The notes under the pieces were generated by a model. That model saw only the letters and a program-made list of their open reading frames with translations. It did no database searches and was not told where the DNA came from. DNA of 59,716 bases from Nitrospirota bacterium. GTDB lineage: Bacteria > JACPQY01. Below are positions 56,456 through 59,716 of the stretch, piece by piece; positions within the stretch are counted from its first letter, which is position 1, and each line of letters begins with the position of its first letter. The stretch spans positions 1-59,716 of the forward strand of contig JACPAV010000022.1 of the NCBI GenBank assembly GCA_016180645.1, in the 5' to 3' direction. Both the position numbers and the translations under genes were made by a program.

Positions 56456-56836
56456 GTGGGAGCAACGTACGCGGCAGTCACCCTCAGATCGAACGGCAGA
56501 CAAGCGGCCAAGCGCCTTCTCGTGGATACGGGTGCCACGTATTCGTGGGTGGAGGCGGCACTACTTCGCAAGCTGGGCGTGAAACCCGAACGTGAGATGA
56601 ACTTCGAAACCATCGAGGGCAAACTCATCAAGAAGCAAATCGGTTTTATCGATGTGGAGTGCCTGGGGCTCAGCGCGCCTACCGTTGTTGTGTTTGCCAC
56701 GGGAAAGGACGCGGAAGTGCTCGGCTTGCACGCCCTTGAGGGATTGGCGCTCGAAGTAGACCCGGTCCATCGAATCCTCAAGAAATCGAAAGCCGTCATG
56801 GCGCTGCTCTCCAGCAGCCCACCACACACCGCCTGA
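56456..56836 (+). CDS. Stand-alone retropepsin-like (clan AA) aspartyl protease
   Basis: LLVDTGATYS; VLGLHALEGLALEVDP. Confidence 0.85.
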   Translation: MGATYAAVTLRSNGRQAAKRLLVDTGATYSWVEAALLRKLGVKPEREMNFETIEGKLIKKQIGFIDVECLGLSAPTVVVFATGKDAEVLGLHALEGLALEVDPVHRILKKSKAVMALLSSSPPHTA

Positions 56837-56853
56837 GCGCGGTTAGCCGGCCC

Positions 56854-57846
56854 CTACCGGCGAGGGGATTTCTTCTTGTCTTGACCCGGAGGGGTGGAAG
56901 GGGGGCCTTGGGGCGAGGCCGGAGGCGCCGATGGAGGGGACGCGTTGCCCGGATCTTCAAGGATGCGGATCTTGTCGTCGCCCCAGTACATCTTGTCGCC
57001 CGAGGGGGTGGAGACAAAGACTTTCATGAAACCATCGAGTTCCCAGCCGCGGATGTCTTTCAGGAGGTCGATGACGAGCGATCTTGGAAACTTCGCCTCC
57101 CATTTCCCGCCTCCCTCCTCCCATTTCACGCTGTCCGCCGCAATCGTCCCCTGGAATTTGGTCTGAGATGCGACTAGATCGGCTCCCTGCGGCGCGGAAA
57201 GATACGCCGTGATCCATTTGCCTTCGCTCTTGAAATTGAGCGTATCGGGATCAACGTCCAGCCCCACCTTCACCGGCTCCTTCTCGGTCGTCTGAATAAT
57301 CAAGGTGTTCGACCACACCTTGCCTGTCCAAACTTTGGCCCGCTCGTCCATGGTTTTGAAAGGATTCTCCTTCTCCATGCTCTCGAGTGGCCACTGTAAG
57401 CGGTAGGTGTCAGCAGACAGTCTGAGCAGCCCGACTTCCATGCAATGCTCCGTATTTCTACAGGGAACATCCTGAGTTTGGCTTCCCGCGTAGACCCATC
57501 CCTCCTGAACAGCCATCGACCGCCGATAGGTTTGCCCGGGTCCGAGCAGATGAAAACCGGACATTTTCCTGTAGAGCACCTGACCAAGACCATACGGCTC
57601 TATGCGCTGACCGATCGAATCATTGATGTGGAATTCCCCTACCACACTCCGGAACAGATCTGGAAGATTCGGCTCCGGCACCAGTAATTCTCGCGAGTCC
57701 ATGTTTGCCGAAACGAACTCAATCTTCCACGGCTTTCCCGCGGGCCGAACTCCGTCCGATGTCTCCAGCAAGGCTGCGATTCGCCCATCAACGGCATAGG
57801 CCGAACCCGCCAGGGCCAATAGACCGGCAATCGCTAGAGCTCGCAT
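56854..57846 (-). CDS. Secreted hypothetical protein
   Basis: Signal peptide MRALAIAGLLALAGSAYA; C-terminal module DVDPDTLNFKSEGKWITAYL...AKFPR. Confidence 0.7.
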   Translation of the reverse strand: MRALAIAGLLALAGSAYAVDGRIAALLETSDGVRPAGKPWKIEFVSANMDSRELLVPEPNLPDLFRSVVGEFHINDSIGQRIEPYGLGQVLYRKMSGFHLLGPGQTYRRSMAVQEGWVYAGSQTQDVPCRNTEHCMEVGLLRLSADTYRLQWPLESMEKENPFKTMDERAKVWTGKVWSNTLIIQTTEKEPVKVGLDVDPDTLNFKSEGKWITAYLSAPQGADLVASQTKFQGTIAADSVKWEEGGGKWEAKFPRSLVIDLLKDIRGWELDGFMKVFVSTPSGDKMYWGDDKIRILEDPGNASPPSAPPASPQGPPSTPPGQDKKKSPRR

Positions 57847-58517
57847 TGGCCTGGAGTAAAGCCGACGCCCGGCTTGCCGCAAAATTCGGGATCAGGCGGA
57901 TCGCTGCCGCACTCCTCAAAACATCTCGCCTCGCAGCTTGTGGCGCGCCGGTCAGCCTCCTCCGCATCCAACGGCGTCAAAGGAGGCTGAGCAGGTTCGC
58001 ACTGATGGACCAGCTCGTGGAATATGGAAATCTCAAGGCCCCGATCCGTCTGCCTGTTTTCCTTGCAGATGACACTCTGATCCGTCTGTCCATTGGTATG
58101 GCCGCCGTACCCAGCCCCGCAATAGCTGTCATCCTGGTTGCTTGCACACGCCACCCGATTGGGATCGGCCTTCTGGAAGCACTCCCTCATCCTCGGTCCC
58201 AAACACGGCGGCGGGGTGGTCTTCCACGTCTTCTGGAGGCACGCCACGCGGTTTTCGCACTTCGATTGGTCGGTCTGGCAGGGGTTGTCGGCTTCGCACT
58301 GGAGCGCCCGGCGAGGGGCGAGGAAGTCCGGCCCGGCCTCACCGGCCCGCTCCGGCGCGGGAGAGGGACTCGGTGCTTCCTCCAACACCTCCAGGATCGC
58401 CTTCACCTGCGAGGTCAACCGCTCCGCATCCGCCTCCCCCACTTTGAACACCTCCCGCCCGTAGGGCAACTTCTCAAACTCCAAATACATCGCCTCCGCC
58501 GGAAGTTCCCACTCCAT
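57834..58517 (-). CDS. Cys-rich protein with HExxH motif; possibly the frameshifted C-terminal part of the upstream ORF
   Basis: IFHELVHQC; about 14 Cys; overlaps the upstream ORF by 44 nt. Confidence 0.5.
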   Translation of the reverse strand: MEWELPAEAMYLEFEKLPYGREVFKVGEADAERLTSQVKAILEVLEEAPSPSPAPERAGEAGPDFLAPRRALQCEADNPCQTDQSKCENRVACLQKTWKTTPPPCLGPRMRECFQKADPNRVACASNQDDSYCGAGYGGHTNGQTDQSVICKENRQTDRGLEISIFHELVHQCEPAQPPLTPLDAEEADRRATSCEARCFEECGSDPPDPEFCGKPGVGFTPGQCEL

Positions 58518-59700
58518 CCGGTCCCATCTGTCCGTTCAGTCTCACCCCAACATCCACCAACTCCTGCGTCAACTTCGACTGCGTCACCAGCGCACTCCCC
58601 GGAGCCGATTCATCCACGCGCACGATGAGTCCCCCCTGACCCGGCGTCCTCAACAGGGCCCCTCCCCTCCGGGATGCCAATCTCGGTGGCTCCACTCCCG
58701 GACACTCCCCCGGCCCGTAGTCCGTGCTCACGTTCACATCCACATTCGTTCTTTCATGCTGCTCCCCACCTGCATATGGATTCGGACCGCATGGGATCGA
58801 ATGGTCCCACTTATATCTGCTGGAAAACTTCTCCGTACGCCCGCATCCAATAGTCATTCCCCTCCCTTCATTACATTGCGAGGACGAGTCCTGCCAGTTC
58901 CCGAAATGCGAATCTTCAAACACCCTCTCGATTTCAAAACACTCAATCAATGGACCCTGTTTCGAACCATCGATCCGGTAACGGACCCGCTCATACTGTC
59001 GCCTCGTGTAACCGTAGCACAGCATGACCGTATTCCCACTTTCAATCACCGCTTCAAAATGATCCGAACTACACTCCAAACGAGTCAACCCCTCATCCGG
59101 CGTTCGAATCGGGGCCAATCTTGGGTCGGGGTTTGTAACCGGAAGAATACGGACGTCAAACGGACCCCGACTTACCCGGCATGCCGTCATCGTCTCCCCC
59201 TCCAAACTCACCCGATAGTCGCCCACACTCACTGGAATCCCGTGCGCCGATCGCCCGCGGACCAGAGTCTCAGCAAGGGTTTCGATGGGAGCCGACCCCT
59301 TCAGGGCTTCCCACTTGGTGGCCACCGTTCGGAATTGATCCGGAGGGAAAGTCATGACTTCCAACGTCTCCCCAGCCTCGTATTGAACGTGCAGGGGGAA
59401 GAGGGTGTAAGGCGCGTCAAAGGCACAGGGAGGCAAAGAGGTATAAGCAGAAGTGAGGGGAACGGCCTCCACGGGGCCATCAAGGATGCCCGCACCGGCG
59501 GGGGAAATCTGAGTTGTACCCTCCATCCCATATGTCGCCACGCCCGATGGCTCCCTGCCCCCACACCCGGAAGGCGACAGGTGAAACACCGCGCTCAGGC
59601 TCATCGCCACAAGAAGGGTGACACGTGACGCAAGACTCGAAAGACATTTCTCTCTCCGGCGTTCACGTGCAACATTCGACGTTCCATCAGCCCCCGCCAT
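58474..59700 (-). CDS. Hypothetical lipoprotein/secreted Cys-containing protein
   Basis: Hydrophobic leader ending SPSGC; 408-aa ORF; start uncertain near the window edge. Confidence 0.55.
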   Translation of the reverse strand: MAGADGTSNVARERRREKCLSSLASRVTLLVAMSLSAVFHLSPSGCGGREPSGVATYGMEGTTQISPAGAGILDGPVEAVPLTSAYTSLPPCAFDAPYTLFPLHVQYEAGETLEVMTFPPDQFRTVATKWEALKGSAPIETLAETLVRGRSAHGIPVSVGDYRVSLEGETMTACRVSRGPFDVRILPVTNPDPRLAPIRTPDEGLTRLECSSDHFEAVIESGNTVMLCYGYTRRQYERVRYRIDGSKQGPLIECFEIERVFEDSHFGNWQDSSSQCNEGRGMTIGCGRTEKFSSRYKWDHSIPCGPNPYAGGEQHERTNVDVNVSTDYGPGECPGVEPPRLASRRGGALLRTPGQGGLIVRVDESAPGSALVTQSKLTQELVDVGVRLNGQMGPDGVGTSGGGDVFGV

Positions 59701-59716
59701 GCCATGCGATTAACAC

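Overview
This is a GC-rich bacterial chromosomal window with about 48 protein-coding genes. I saw no rRNA, CRISPR array, transposase or integrase. Left to right it holds: (1) a candidate Crp/Fnr-controlled redox-sensing block (heme-c chemoreceptor, Cys-rich two-CW protein, hybrid kinase, Fnr-like regulator, alginate-export-type porin, CopD-like protein); (2) a beta-propeller/phosphoesterase surface operon; (3) three tandem CrtI/HpnE-type flavin oxidoreductases beside a B12 radical-SAM enzyme with an atypical CX6CX2C motif; (4) a LysR - operator - transglutaminase-like gene - tRNA unit; (5) an HgcC-like AbrB regulator plus methyltransferase; (6) a candidate sRNA; (7) cholesterol-oxidase-like, CoA-ligase, PAS kinase/NarL, GT1, beta-propeller lipoprotein, AlkD-like, HpnA-like, OYE, thioesterase and TetR genes; (8) housekeeping genes selA, glyQS, aroB, a D-2-hydroxyacid dehydrogenase and nth; (9) several orphan secreted proteins. 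The most unusual element is a ~92-nt tRNA at 24197-24291. It has tRNA-Sec-like architecture (long variable arm, 13-nt acceptor/T 3' strand) but a Cys anticodon (GCA) and a U discriminator. It starts 1 nt after the transglutaminase-like gene, behind a LysR box. Intergenic DNA carries at least five families of short palindromic repeats; one of them supplies the stop codons of two convergent genes. Many genes look leaderless. All calls come from reading motifs by eye; no database searches were run.
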